26,439 bases of DNA. It comes from a virus (taxonomy: Duplodnaviria > Caudoviricetes). The translations under genes were made by a program, and so were the position numbers. The DNA lies in IMG/VR virus record IMGVR_UViG_3300032300_000249, positions 1-26,439 of that record; one strand, given 5' to 3'. How positions within the stretch are numbered: position 1 is the stretch's first letter; each line of letters begins with the position of its first letter. This document shows positions 8,141-19,700 of this stretch, one piece after another. The notes below the pieces were generated by a model. It saw nothing but the letters and a program-made list of their open reading frames with translations. It was not told where the DNA came from and searched no databases.

Positions 8141-11100
8141 ATGGCAGAATTTAAGATTAGTAGAATTAGATATACGTGGAAGAATGAATGGGTAGCTGAT
8201 TCTACCACGTATAACAAAGATGATGTAGTAAGATACGGTGGCAGCACCTGGATATGCCAGCGACAGCACACAGCATCTACTTTTGCTGCAGACCAAAATT
8301 ACTATAATAACCCTGGAGATACACAACCAACTCCAACCTGGCTAAAGATGACCGACGGGTATGAATGGAAAGGTGAGTGGGCTAATACAACTTTATACAA
8401 TTCGGGCGATATTGCACTGTACGGTGGCGTTATATATCTATGCGTGATTAGTCATACATCTACATCAATATTTGATGATAGCTTAAACAATTGGGCTGTA
8501 TATCTATCAGCAGATAGTTGGCAATCAGATTGGACTCCTGACACACGCTACGGCATAGGAGATGTAATTCGATACAATGGTATTGTGTATAGATGTATTG
8601 TAGGACACACATCAGGAACCACAGCACAAGGACTCGAGGCTGGCAACAATGATAATCAAGATGATAGCACAGGTGAACTGTGGCAGGTATACTATGAAGG
8701 TATTGAGTATGTAGGTTCCTGGACAGCTGCCACTAGATACAGGAAAAATGATTTAGTCAAATACGGCGGCAGTGTGTTACGTTGTGTAACTGGACACGTG
8801 GCCGGCGCAAGTATTACCGATGTCAACTTTGTCACTGAATTTATTGGACACAATTTTTATCAGACCTGGAGTAACGCTGTTTATTATGCAATTGGTGATA
8901 TTGTTAGACATGGCGGATATCTATACATAGCAGCAGCCAACAACTATGCCGTCGGCAACCCAACAGAAGATATTGCAAATTGGAGAATACTATCCAAGGC
9001 CGTGAATTTTATAGGCACTTGGAATGCAACTGTAGATTACAAAGTAGGAGACGTAGTTCGTCGCGGAGGTAATCTATACCTAGCTATATTAGATACCGGA
9101 GCCGACGGTAGCTCATTAGATTATCTTGATACCAGCAATTGGGAAATAATCAACTCAAGCCAAGCCTGGCGCGGCGGCTGGTTATCCGGTCAAACATACA
9201 GCGTCAATGATGTAGTGGTATTTTTAGGTAATACCTATCAAGCCAATGTCGAACACGTTGCTTCTAATGACAATTTTCCAGGAGATAACGGTTCTGGATT
9301 TGCTTATTGGGACCTAATATTACAGGCCGGCTCAGAAGTAGGAATGTCACAGCGCGGAGACCTACTTACATTTGGTCTTTCAAGATCAAACGTAGGAGAC
9401 GGCAGTACTTTTGGAGCAACCAGTGTTCCAATAGGAGAAGAAACTCAAGTTGTTGTTGCAACCCAAGAAGGCAATGTTGATTATGCATATTGGGGTGATT
9501 TAACAAGAGTAAGATTTGTAGATACCTCTGGAGTTGATGACTACACAAATCCAGAAAGAGGCACCAGTCAATTCTTGCCTTGGAGAACTATTAGATTTGC
9601 CTGCGAACAGGTCAATGACGGATTCAGCGGACACACAACTATTAAAGTGGCAGTGGGAGAATATATAGAATTAACTCCGATCATTGTGCCACCTAGAACA
9701 GTGGTGCTAGGAGCTGAACTAAGAAGCACAACAATAAAAGCTCAAGGTTCTGTTATTTCGTCTGCCGATCGCCCATATCATCTAGCTGTGTTAAATAGAA
9801 TTTCTTTAATGATACCAGAAATTGTAGCAGGTATACCTACAAATCCAACTAAATCTGTAAGTAATTTAGAAGAGCAAGTCTTTTTAACAGAGACGTTTCA
9901 GATACCGTTTAATCCTCCGCAATTTGATAGTGCTGTGCCTCCGAATGAAATTTTTGATACACTTGTTTTACCTATCTCTACCAGCAGTGTTGCTGCTGCC
10001 GCAATACAAACCAAAATTACAAATATAAATGATTACATTAACTTTTATATTAATAGTTCGGGTTCAGATCCTCTAGTAGTAGGCACTAACACAGCACAGA
10101 CCTCTACAGCATATACTAATACTGTATTGCAATTAGAAGCTAACAAGAATTTTATTATTGAAGAAGCTGTGGCCTTCTTGCAAGATACTTATCCTGCATA
10201 TACATTTGATGAAGATTTACTGCGATTTAGTATTCTTGGATATGTAGATGCTTGGAAATATGATATCATATACACAGGAAATTATAAATCACTACTAAGA
10301 GCAAGGTATTATAGAAATCAAATACTAGGCTGTACTACTAGTGAAGACATGTTCTATGTAAGAAACGCTACCGGAATTCGTAATTGTACTTTGAAAGGCC
10401 TAGACTCTACGCTAAGTCCCCCAGTGGCATTTGATTTATATCAAATTCCGTTGGGAGGAGCATATGTTTCATTAGATCCAGGGTGGGGACCAGCAGATTC
10501 TACTACTTGGATTACCACACGTTCGCCTTACATTCAAGGTGTTACAACCATAGGTACAGGTTGTGTTGGTCAAAAGATTGATGGGGCTTTGCACAACGGC
10601 GGAAATAAATCCATAGTCAGCAATGACTTTACACAAGTTCTCAGCGATGGAATCGGAGCATGGGTGCGTAACAACGGCCGCGCTGAACTAGTTTCAGTGT
10701 TCACATATTATTGTCACATTGGTTATTTTGCCGAAGATGGCGGTATCATACGAGCCACAAACGGTAACTGTTCCTACGGCACCTACGGCGCTATAGCAGA
10801 TGGTGTTGATGCCTCAGAAACTCCGGCAACTGCAAGAGTTTTCAATAGATTTAATCAGGCTGTGGTAGCTGCTGCTTTTGCCGGAGACTTTGTTGACGAA
10901 ATACAGATTTTAGAATGGACAAATTTTGGACAAGATTATACAGAAGCCACTGCGGTGTTTACTGGTGCCGGTATTAATGCTGATGTAATTTTTGAAGAGT
11001 TTAGAGACGATGCAGTATTTGAAGCAAGAAGACTTGACGCCTATGCGGGTACTGCTCAAATAGCACAAGAAATAGGCGGCAGTGGTTATGTAGTGGTGCA

Positions 11101-13753
11101 AAATAATGCCCAAGGCGGAGATGCTCTTACAATTACCATAGCTACAAATGATGCTAACAGCATTGCTGAGTATCTAGGAATGCGAATACTTATTACCAGC
11201 GGTGCAGGCACAGGACAGTATGGATATATCACTGCCTACGACAATGTGACAAAAGTAGTTACTGTATATAGAGAATCTGATGATCAACCTGGTTGGGATC
11301 ACGTAGTTCCGGGCAAATTACCCACAGTCCCGTTGCTGACTAATACCACATACAGAATTGAACCTAGAGTGATATTTTCTGCTCCAGCATATACAGCTGA
11401 AGAAATTACAACTCCTGCTGCTACCACTTGGTCAGAAATTGTCTTTGGTGACACTGCTGAAACATACACTAATATACCGGTTACTGAATCAGGCACAGGT
11501 ACTACTATAGATGTTGTAGCGGCACTTGCTACTTTTAATGTTAGTAAACAAGGCAGAAATTACACAATAACTATTAATAACGGTGGAGCTGGCTATGAAG
11601 TAGATCAGCAGCTGACTATTGATGGAAGTCTATTAGGCGGTATATCACCTGAAAATGATATTTCAATTTTGGTCACAGATGTTAGCGACGACAGTACAAA
11701 TTCAATATTGGCTTTTGAGCAACCAACTTATGGTGCAGGAATATATGATATCGGAGCCAGTGGAAAATTTGTAGTAGTTTCTACTGGGGGCAGTGCTGCT
11801 ATGTACAGTTCAGATGGCAGTAATTGGGAAACATTTAATATGCCCACAACGGGTGATTGGAAATGTCTAGCTGCAGGAAGAGTCACATACCCTACATTAG
11901 GCGATCACATATTTGTAGCTATACGTCAAGCCAGTGCTTTTGCTGCTAGTTCTACTGATGGTATAAACTGGACTACTAGAAGTATGCCAGCATCTCGGCA
12001 ATGGAATTCTTGCGTTTACGGTAAAGGAGTGTTCCTTGCTGTGGCCACAAATTCTAACTCAGCTGCTTATAGCCTTAATGGCACTACTTGGAGCACAGTT
12101 ACACTTCCAACATTTGGCGATTCTACAATTAATGAATGGGTAGATGTGACTTATGGCAAGAACAAATATGTAGTGTTGGCCAACAGTGGAAACACAGTAG
12201 CCGTAGGCACATACAATTCTTTATTCAACACATGGTCATGGAACGGCCATATCATGGATGTGGTAGCAGACTCCAGCGCCAAAGATTGGGTCAGTATTGC
12301 ATACGGTAACAATAGATTTGTTGCTATCTCCAGCACAGGCGATGTGGCCTATAGTTTCGATGGCCTAGACTGGTTGCCAGCTACTATGCCATCACAAGAC
12401 GGCAGCACTGCCCACAATTGGAAAAAAATTCGCTATGCACAGGGTGTGTTCTTTGCTGTAGGAGACACAGGCGGTAGAGATGTTGCCGGAGATGTTACCG
12501 TAGGAGAAACTAATTTTGCAGCAACCAGTTTTGACGGTGTAGTATGGACTACAAGAACACTGGCTTCTACTAAGCAATGGATCAGTATTGGTTTTGGTAA
12601 TCCATATATAGAATCTAGAGATTCCACAGTAGGCAAAAATACACCTATGTGGATTGCTATAGATAACTCAAATAAATTCAACAAGATACAAACCGGTGCA
12701 AGAGCATTAGGACGAGTAACAATTGCCAGTGGAGTTATTAGTAATGTGAAATTATGGGATCCAGGATCTGGTTACACAGAAATACCCACCTGTGTGTTTG
12801 TTGATCCAAACAACAATAGAGATGCAATAATCGAAAGCCGTACTGGTGATAGAGTATTAGCACAACCAAGTTGGCTCAATCGAGGATTAGGATATAGAAC
12901 AATTTCTACCGCAGTCACAGTTACAGGTGACGGATTTGCAGATATTATCCCAACAGGTAAGTTTATAACAATAAGCGATCTTGCAGTATATCCCAAAGTT
13001 GGTTCAAATATAACTTTAGGTAATTTGACTAGTGACTATACGTTAGTTACAATCGAAGAACTTGGGCCAGATGATAGGGGTCTATCTGCTAGAATACGTA
13101 TCAGTCCAGAAATTAAAAATAGAGATCAACTAGAACATTTGACCTCGGTGTCCATAAGAACAAAATTTGCTCAATGTAGAATCACAGGCCATGATTTCTT
13201 GGACATAGGAACAGGAAACTTTGAAGAAACCAACTATCCTGAACTATACAGTGGTTTTTATGATCCACAGCCCTTTAATGAAATTGTAGAAGAAAATAGA
13301 GGCCGTGTATTTTATACTTCAACAGATCAAAGCGGTAATTTTAGAGCAGGCGAGTTGTTTGCGGTTGAGCAAGCCACTGGAACTGTAACAATTAGTTCAG
13401 ACTTCTTTGATCTTTCTGGACTTACTGAATTGCGACTTGGTGGTATTAGAATTGGAGGCACTGGTGCAGTGGTCCGAGAATTTTCTACCGATCCCTTGTT
13501 CATAGCAGACTCTAACAATATTGTTCCGACTCAACGAGCCATAGCTGCTTACTTGGCAAATAGACTCAGCGTAGGCGGATCAGAAGTTGCAGTAGGTAGT
13601 TTTATAGCAGGAACTGTATTAGTAGGTCCTGATCGATTCAACAGTACTGCTGGAATACGCATTATTGTACAGACTAGAGCAGAATTTGACGCAGCAAATT
13701 CTGGAATAAGTGGTAGTATGTTAGCACAAACAATGTTTTACAAATCATTTTAA
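8141..13753 (+). CDS. Giant multidomain virion protein (1870 aa): 7 Trp-rich CBM5/12-like repeats, pectin-lyase-like beta-helix with helical insert, Asp-box/beta-propeller, conserved C-terminal domain
   Basis: Repeats 'W...T.Y..GDVV.YGG..Y.C...HT'; beta-helix cap 'FVDTSGVDD...PWRTIRFAC...IKVAVGEY.E'; SxDGxxW repeats; C-term 'TGHDFLDIGTGNF.ETNYP...TSTDQ.GNFR'. Confidence 0.85.
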   Translation: MAEFKISRIRYTWKNEWVADSTTYNKDDVVRYGGSTWICQRQHTASTFAADQNYYNNPGDTQPTPTWLKMTDGYEWKGEWANTTLYNSGDIALYGGVIYLCVISHTSTSIFDDSLNNWAVYLSADSWQSDWTPDTRYGIGDVIRYNGIVYRCIVGHTSGTTAQGLEAGNNDNQDDSTGELWQVYYEGIEYVGSWTAATRYRKNDLVKYGGSVLRCVTGHVAGASITDVNFVTEFIGHNFYQTWSNAVYYAIGDIVRHGGYLYIAAANNYAVGNPTEDIANWRILSKAVNFIGTWNATVDYKVGDVVRRGGNLYLAILDTGADGSSLDYLDTSNWEIINSSQAWRGGWLSGQTYSVNDVVVFLGNTYQANVEHVASNDNFPGDNGSGFAYWDLILQAGSEVGMSQRGDLLTFGLSRSNVGDGSTFGATSVPIGEETQVVVATQEGNVDYAYWGDLTRVRFVDTSGVDDYTNPERGTSQFLPWRTIRFACEQVNDGFSGHTTIKVAVGEYIELTPIIVPPRTVVLGAELRSTTIKAQGSVISSADRPYHLAVLNRISLMIPEIVAGIPTNPTKSVSNLEEQVFLTETFQIPFNPPQFDSAVPPNEIFDTLVLPISTSSVAAAAIQTKITNINDYINFYINSSGSDPLVVGTNTAQTSTAYTNTVLQLEANKNFIIEEAVAFLQDTYPAYTFDEDLLRFSILGYVDAWKYDIIYTGNYKSLLRARYYRNQILGCTTSEDMFYVRNATGIRNCTLKGLDSTLSPPVAFDLYQIPLGGAYVSLDPGWGPADSTTWITTRSPYIQGVTTIGTGCVGQKIDGALHNGGNKSIVSNDFTQVLSDGIGAWVRNNGRAELVSVFTYYCHIGYFAEDGGIIRATNGNCSYGTYGAIADGVDASETPATARVFNRFNQAVVAAAFAGDFVDEIQILEWTNFGQDYTEATAVFTGAGINADVIFEEFRDDAVFEARRLDAYAGTAQIAQEIGGSGYVVVQNNAQGGDALTITIATNDANSIAEYLGMRILITSGAGTGQYGYITAYDNVTKVVTVYRESDDQPGWDHVVPGKLPTVPLLTNTTYRIEPRVIFSAPAYTAEEITTPAATTWSEIVFGDTAETYTNIPVTESGTGTTIDVVAALATFNVSKQGRNYTITINNGGAGYEVDQQLTIDGSLLGGISPENDISILVTDVSDDSTNSILAFEQPTYGAGIYDIGASGKFVVVSTGGSAAMYSSDGSNWETFNMPTTGDWKCLAAGRVTYPTLGDHIFVAIRQASAFAASSTDGINWTTRSMPASRQWNSCVYGKGVFLAVATNSNSAAYSLNGTTWSTVTLPTFGDSTINEWVDVTYGKNKYVVLANSGNTVAVGTYNSLFNTWSWNGHIMDVVADSSAKDWVSIAYGNNRFVAISSTGDVAYSFDGLDWLPATMPSQDGSTAHNWKKIRYAQGVFFAVGDTGGRDVAGDVTVGETNFAATSFDGVVWTTRTLASTKQWISIGFGNPYIESRDSTVGKNTPMWIAIDNSNKFNKIQTGARALGRVTIASGVISNVKLWDPGSGYTEIPTCVFVDPNNNRDAIIESRTGDRVLAQPSWLNRGLGYRTISTAVTVTGDGFADIIPTGKFITISDLAVYPKVGSNITLGNLTSDYTLVTIEELGPDDRGLSARIRISPEIKNRDQLEHLTSVSIRTKFAQCRITGHDFLDIGTGNFEETNYPELYSGFYDPQPFNEIVEENRGRVFYTSTDQSGNFRAGELFAVEQATGTVTISSDFFDLSGLTELRLGGIRIGGTGAVVREFSTDPLFIADSNNIVPTQRAIAAYLANRLSVGGSEVAVGSFIAGTVLVGPDRFNSTAGIRIIVQTRAEFDAANSGISGSMLAQTMFYKSF

Positions 13754-13773
13754 TAATTTCTAAAATAATTGAC

Positions 13774-13779
13774 TAAATA
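13774..13779 (+). promoter_or_regulatory. Putative late promoter core (ACTAAATA)
   Basis: Intergenic TAAATA followed by ACGGAG SD (13786-13791); same layout at 21327. Confidence 0.6.
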
Positions 13780-13797
13780 TAGAATACGGAGTAGAAA

Positions 13798-16700
13798 ATG
13801 GCAGAATTTAAACTAGGTAGAATAAGATTTGTTTGGAAAAATACATGGACACCATCTACTACCTATTACATAGACGATGTAATAAGATACGGAGCTCGCA
13901 CTTATATATGTGCGGTAGGGCATACTTCTGCCTCAGATTTTAATACAGATTTAGAATTTAATCCTACTAAATGGAATCAGATGAGCGACGGCCAAAGTTG
14001 GACCGGAGATTGGAATGTTAGTACTTTTTACAAACTCAATGATGTAGTCAAGTACGGCGGTCTTCTTTACATCTGTAACGACAGTCACACTTCAGCTGCT
14101 ACCTCAGCGTTGGGACTAGAAAATGATCAAGCCAAATGGACTCTATATGCAGAGGGACTTGATTGGAAGAACGATTGGACAGTATCCACTCGTTACAAGG
14201 TAAATGATCTAGTACAATATGGCGGATATACATATGTTTGTAATCTCCACCATACTTCAGCCGCTACCGCAGCATCGGGATTAGAAGCCGATCAAGCCAA
14301 ATGGGATTCATTTAATCCTGGTATAGAATACAAAGGAGACTGGGTAGCTTCTGTAACCAGATACAAAGTCAATGATGTAGTAAAATATGGAGCCGGACTG
14401 TGGATTTGTGTTACTCAGCACACTGCGGCAGCTGCGTTCTTAACCGATAGTACAGCAGGACGTTGGAGCCAATTTGTTGAAGGCACAGAATTCGAAAATG
14501 TATGGAATCCAGCCACGCTTTATCAACCCGGCGATATTGTGCAATATGGTGGTAATCAGTATATAGCCAAAACTATACATACAGATCCATTTGTTCCGTC
14601 GACTGTTGGTTCGGCTAACTGGGATCTATACCTAGAAGGATTTAAATTTCAATCTGCGTGGGCAGGCGGAACTTCTTATGAAATAGGCGAAGTGGTATCT
14701 ATAGGTGGTTATACCTATTTGGCAGTACAAGATTCGCCTTCGACTACTGTTACTGTCACAGCAGTTACAGCAGCCACTGACACATTTACCATAGCTTCAA
14801 CTAATGGCATTGTGGTAGGTATGACTGTGAGATTTACCGGCATAACATTTGGTAATGTGTTTGCTTCTGCCAGATACTATGTAAAAACTGTAGCCGCAGG
14901 CAATATCACAATCAGTACAACTCCAGGTGGTACAACATTCAATATCACAGCCGATGCTTCGGGGTCAATGTCTGCCACAGTGTCAGCAGAACCGCCAAAC
15001 ACCACATACTGGTCGAGACTAAATGCTGGTATTAGCTGGCAAGGTGAATGGTCAGATGACAGAGACTATTTGTTAGGTGACGCAGTAAGATTTGGTGCAA
15101 ATGCCTATATCTGCTTGCTAGCACACAGATCAGAAGGCGACGACGGTTCTACTTTAGGAGCAGCTGGTGGCGGCCAAGTCAACAGCAGACCTGATCAGGA
15201 TAATACAGGTACATATTGGAATTTACTAAGTATTGGTACAGAAACCAGTGTGTTATCAGTGCGCGGCGATCTAGTGTTTTTTGGTGGCGGCGGACCACAA
15301 AGACTACCGATTGGTCGAGAAGGACAGGTCCTGACTTCTACAGGTGTAGATCCAGAATGGACTTTTCTCGGTGAAACTGATCACACATATTTTGTAGCAC
15401 CTACAGGAGTCGACGGGCCTTCACCTATACATGGTAGAACCTGGGATAAGCCATTTAAGACTATTCGCTATGCTTGCGAACAAGTTGAGAAGGGTCCCCG
15501 CAATCCCGATGCACGACATCTGTTAGAATTAAATCGTGTGTTCATTCAACGCGAAGTCACAGAGTTTATACAGAATCAGATTGCTGGTAACGTTGCACCA
15601 TTTACTACAGTATTTGTTTACGATGATTTCAAATGCGAGCGAGATGTAGGATTTACTCTAGATGCGGTAACTTATGATCTATGTCATGGTGGTAATATTA
15701 AATCACGTGGAGTGGCTAATTCATTAATTGGCGGACTCAGCGAGGGTGAAACAGAAGCATATCCAGGCCTAGCTATCGAATCAGACGAATCTGTAGCTGC
15801 CTACAACTACATGCTCACAGTTATTGGAAATGTTTTAGCACAGACAGCTCCGACAATAAATTATCAGACACTGAACGGCGACAATTCTACTGCTACAGTG
15901 GCCCAATATTTTAACAGCGATCTTACAGCAGAAACTGATGCCTTGGCCACAGTAACAGCAAGCGTTACATTGATTACCAATGCAATCACTGCTAGGGCAG
16001 CAGCAGTTACAGCACCCGAAATTGCAGCAGCTATAGCTAGTGTACCGGCAAGACGTAGTCCTAGCAATTTGATCAATGTGGCCACAGGACAGTATCGTGA
16101 AACATTGCCAATCATTGTGCCAGAGCAGACTTGTATACAAGGGGACGAACTACGTTCAACTAACACAGGCCCGGCTGGCAGTCAGACCAACAGATCCGAT
16201 GCAGGTTACAGCGTAGGTACATTGACTAGATTACAAACAGTGGTTGATCAGATTGTGCAAGGCGCCAACGTTACTGAAAGCTCAGGTAACACCGCAGTTC
16301 AGAGTGTAGCATTTCCATTTGCCAGCACTGAAGAAGCAGCTGATGCAGCACAGTTGGTCAGAGTCATGCAACATCAGATTGATTTCAAGATCAGCTCTAC
16401 CTTTATGGTGAGTTCTGCAGATCCTACAGGATACAATTCATCATTCTTGTCAGGGTTTGGCGATGCAAGAACACTACTGCGTGAAAACAAAGAATTTATC
16501 AAAGAAGAAATTACAGCTTTCTTAAATGAAAATCATAACACAGTAAAATTCAGTAGAACCAAATGCAAACGTGATGTAGCATTTATCGTTGATGCCATGG
16601 TATATGACTTGACCTATGGCGGAACCTGGGCCACACTGGTAGCTGGTACAGCCTACTTTGATGGTGACAACAGCACACAACTGCAGATCGACAGCACAGA

Positions 16701-19700
16701 AATCACAGCCACAGTAGCTGCCTACGGCAGATTGAAAGACATTGTGCAACAGATCATTGCCAACACCACAGTAACAAAATCCACAGGCAACACCGCTACT
16801 CAATGGACAGACTCAACAAACTTGGCAGGTGGTTCAGCTGCTAATGCCACAGTGGGTGCATTAGTAGATATCATTACCAACATTATTCAAGGTGACAGTA
16901 CAGAAGGAAACACTCCGCAGATCAATGTGACTACCATAGCCACATTGAACACACTGACTTCTACCGCGCACGGATTAGCAGTAGGGGATGCAGTGGTTCC
17001 AAGAACCACTGCCAACGGACTGGTCAACGGCACAAAATATTGGGTGGTAACAGTGGGCTCTGTCGATACATTCCAACTTGCAGCCACATATGGTGGAGCA
17101 GTGTTAGCATCATTCACCAACGGTGCTGGACTTGATATTGATTTAGAAGTTATCAATTATCCTACAGCTACTAATGCCGTAACATCAACCACTGCTCTAA
17201 TAGCAGCTGCCGTGACTCTAGACCTAGCACAGGAAACCATAGTAACTGCGTCTACCGCTTATATTACTGCTAACTTTCCTGCATTAGTTTATAACTCAGC
17301 TAAGTGCGAACGTGATGTGAGATTGATATTAGAAGCAGTGATGTTTGACTTTATGTTTAACAGCAACTTTAAAACTAGAGAAGCTGCATACTCATATTTG
17401 AGAGCCACAGCCGCTGATGTATTCAGTTTAAATCAGAAAACAGCCACTCGTGCAGCATTTACCTATGTCAAAGGATTGGCCATAGCCAACGTGGGCGGCA
17501 ATGCTACAGCACAGGCTCGTATTGAAACATTAATGACACTGTTGGATGACATAGTCTTTGGTGCTACCAACGAAGGCAGTCGCTGTGCTTCAGGCAACAG
17601 AATGGTTGATTATGCTGTGCTGCAATTAGAGCGCAACAGAGATTATATCGTAGCAGAAATTGATGCTTATATTGATTCAACATACACTACTACAGTTACC
17701 GCCGCAACCGCTGCTACTGACATATTTACTTGCACATCAACTGCATGGATGACAAGAAACGCAGCTATACGATTCACAGGCACCGTATTTGGCGGAGTGA
17801 ATACTACAACTACTTATTATGTGCAGAATGTGGTAAGCTCAACTACTTTCAAAATTGCTACCACAAGAGATTCAAACACAGCATTTAATATCGCCAGCAA
17901 CGCTAGCGGGTCAATGACAGTGGCTCTGTTCTATAGCAGTACAGCTTGCCTCAGAGATGTCAATACATATATCGATGCACTCAAGTATGATTTGAAATAT
18001 CCAGGCAATTACAAATCAAGATATGCAGCTAGATATTACGCAAACAGTGTAATGGGCAGTTTGGAAGAAGATATGTATTATCTCAGAGATGCTACAGGTC
18101 TAAGAGATCAAACTATGGAAGGCCTAACAGGTGACCTATTGGCTGAAAACGAATACGGTACTTCCAGAGTAAGTGCAGGAGCATACGCATCCTTGGATCC
18201 AGGTTGGGGACCAGACGATTATCGCACTTGGATTATAACACGTTCACCGTATGTTCAGGGATTGACTACACTAGGTTATGCGGCTGTAGGTCAAAAGATT
18301 GATGGAGCATTGCACAACGGTGGAAATGATTCTATTGTTTCCAACGACTTTACACAGGTAATATCAGACGGTATTGGTGCTTGGATCACCAACAACGGTC
18401 GTGCTGAATTAGTGTCTGTGTTTAGCTATTATGCTCACATTGCATATCTAGCAGAAAACGGTGGTCGAATTAGAGCAACCAACGGCAATAACTCATACGG
18501 AGATTTTGGTTCTGTAGCAGAAGGGTTCGACTCAACTGAAGCTCCCGGCACAGCCGTAGTTGACAACCGCCTGCAATTTGAAGCACAAATTGATCGTGTT
18601 ATCACTGACGGATCAGCACTGACACAACTGGAATTTACTAACGCAGGTATTGATTACACGGAAGTCACTTACACACTTACAGGCGGCGGCTCAGGCGCTG
18701 TAGTTGAAGCAGATGAATTCCGTGACGATGCTGTGTTTCAAGTTCGCATGTTGGACTTAGTTGATGATAGTACTAATGCTCCAGAAGCAGACGGCAATCT
18801 TGGAGGATTTGGTTATATTACTGCTGCTAGCACCGCACAAGGTGGAACATCAACTAGTATAACCATAGCTGCCACAGACGGCGAATCCAGCACTGCATAC
18901 ATAGGCATGAAGATTGTGCTCACTGGTGGTGCAGGTGTAGGACAGTTTGGTATTATAGACACATATAATTCAGGTACAAAGTTGGCAGGCCTAGTTAAAG
19001 AATCAGACGGCACAGCAGGATTTGACCATTTAGTAGCAGGCACAGCAATTGTATCACCAGACGCTTCTACTACATATGTCATTGAGCCAAGAGTAACATT
19101 TACAGCACCCGGATATACCAGTACAGCTGCTACATTGCCAACTTCAGGCACGTGGACCGCAGTGAAATACGGTGAAACTGCTGCTGTGTACACCACACTA
19201 TCAGGCACAGCAGTAACAATCACAGGTCAAGGAGCCACATTTACAGTGATACGCAATGGATGGAAATATATTCCGTCTCTGCAGGCGGCAGGCACAAGCT
19301 ATGCCAGATTAGAGACCATAACCATTGGTGGTGCTAGTCTAGGCGGCACCACTCCTGCCAATAATTTAACAATTACTATCACCGCAGTAAATTCTACCAC
19401 AGGCGCTATCTTAGAATTTGATCACACTGGTTACGGTATAGGCGGTAGATATGTAGCTCTAAGAAGTGGTAGCACAGTAGGTGCAACTTCGGAAGACGGA
19501 ATCTCTTGGAATACAAGAGCCAGCCTGATGCCTAGTGCTGCAAACTGGGACGCAATGGCCACAGGTCTTTTTGATGACAATTCCTCAGTAGGTAAGGCAA
19601 GTAAATTCGTAGCAGTGGCAGGTACCAGTGCTAATACCACAGGCGCATACAGTGAAGACGGTATTACTTGGTCAGCAACTAACATGCAGACTTCTGCTAC

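Noticed and set aside
15508-18040. Calling the phage a cyanophage because of the phycobiliprotein-like motif
   Set aside because: No photosynthesis or other host-diagnostic gene is in the window, and a short motif cannot assign a host.
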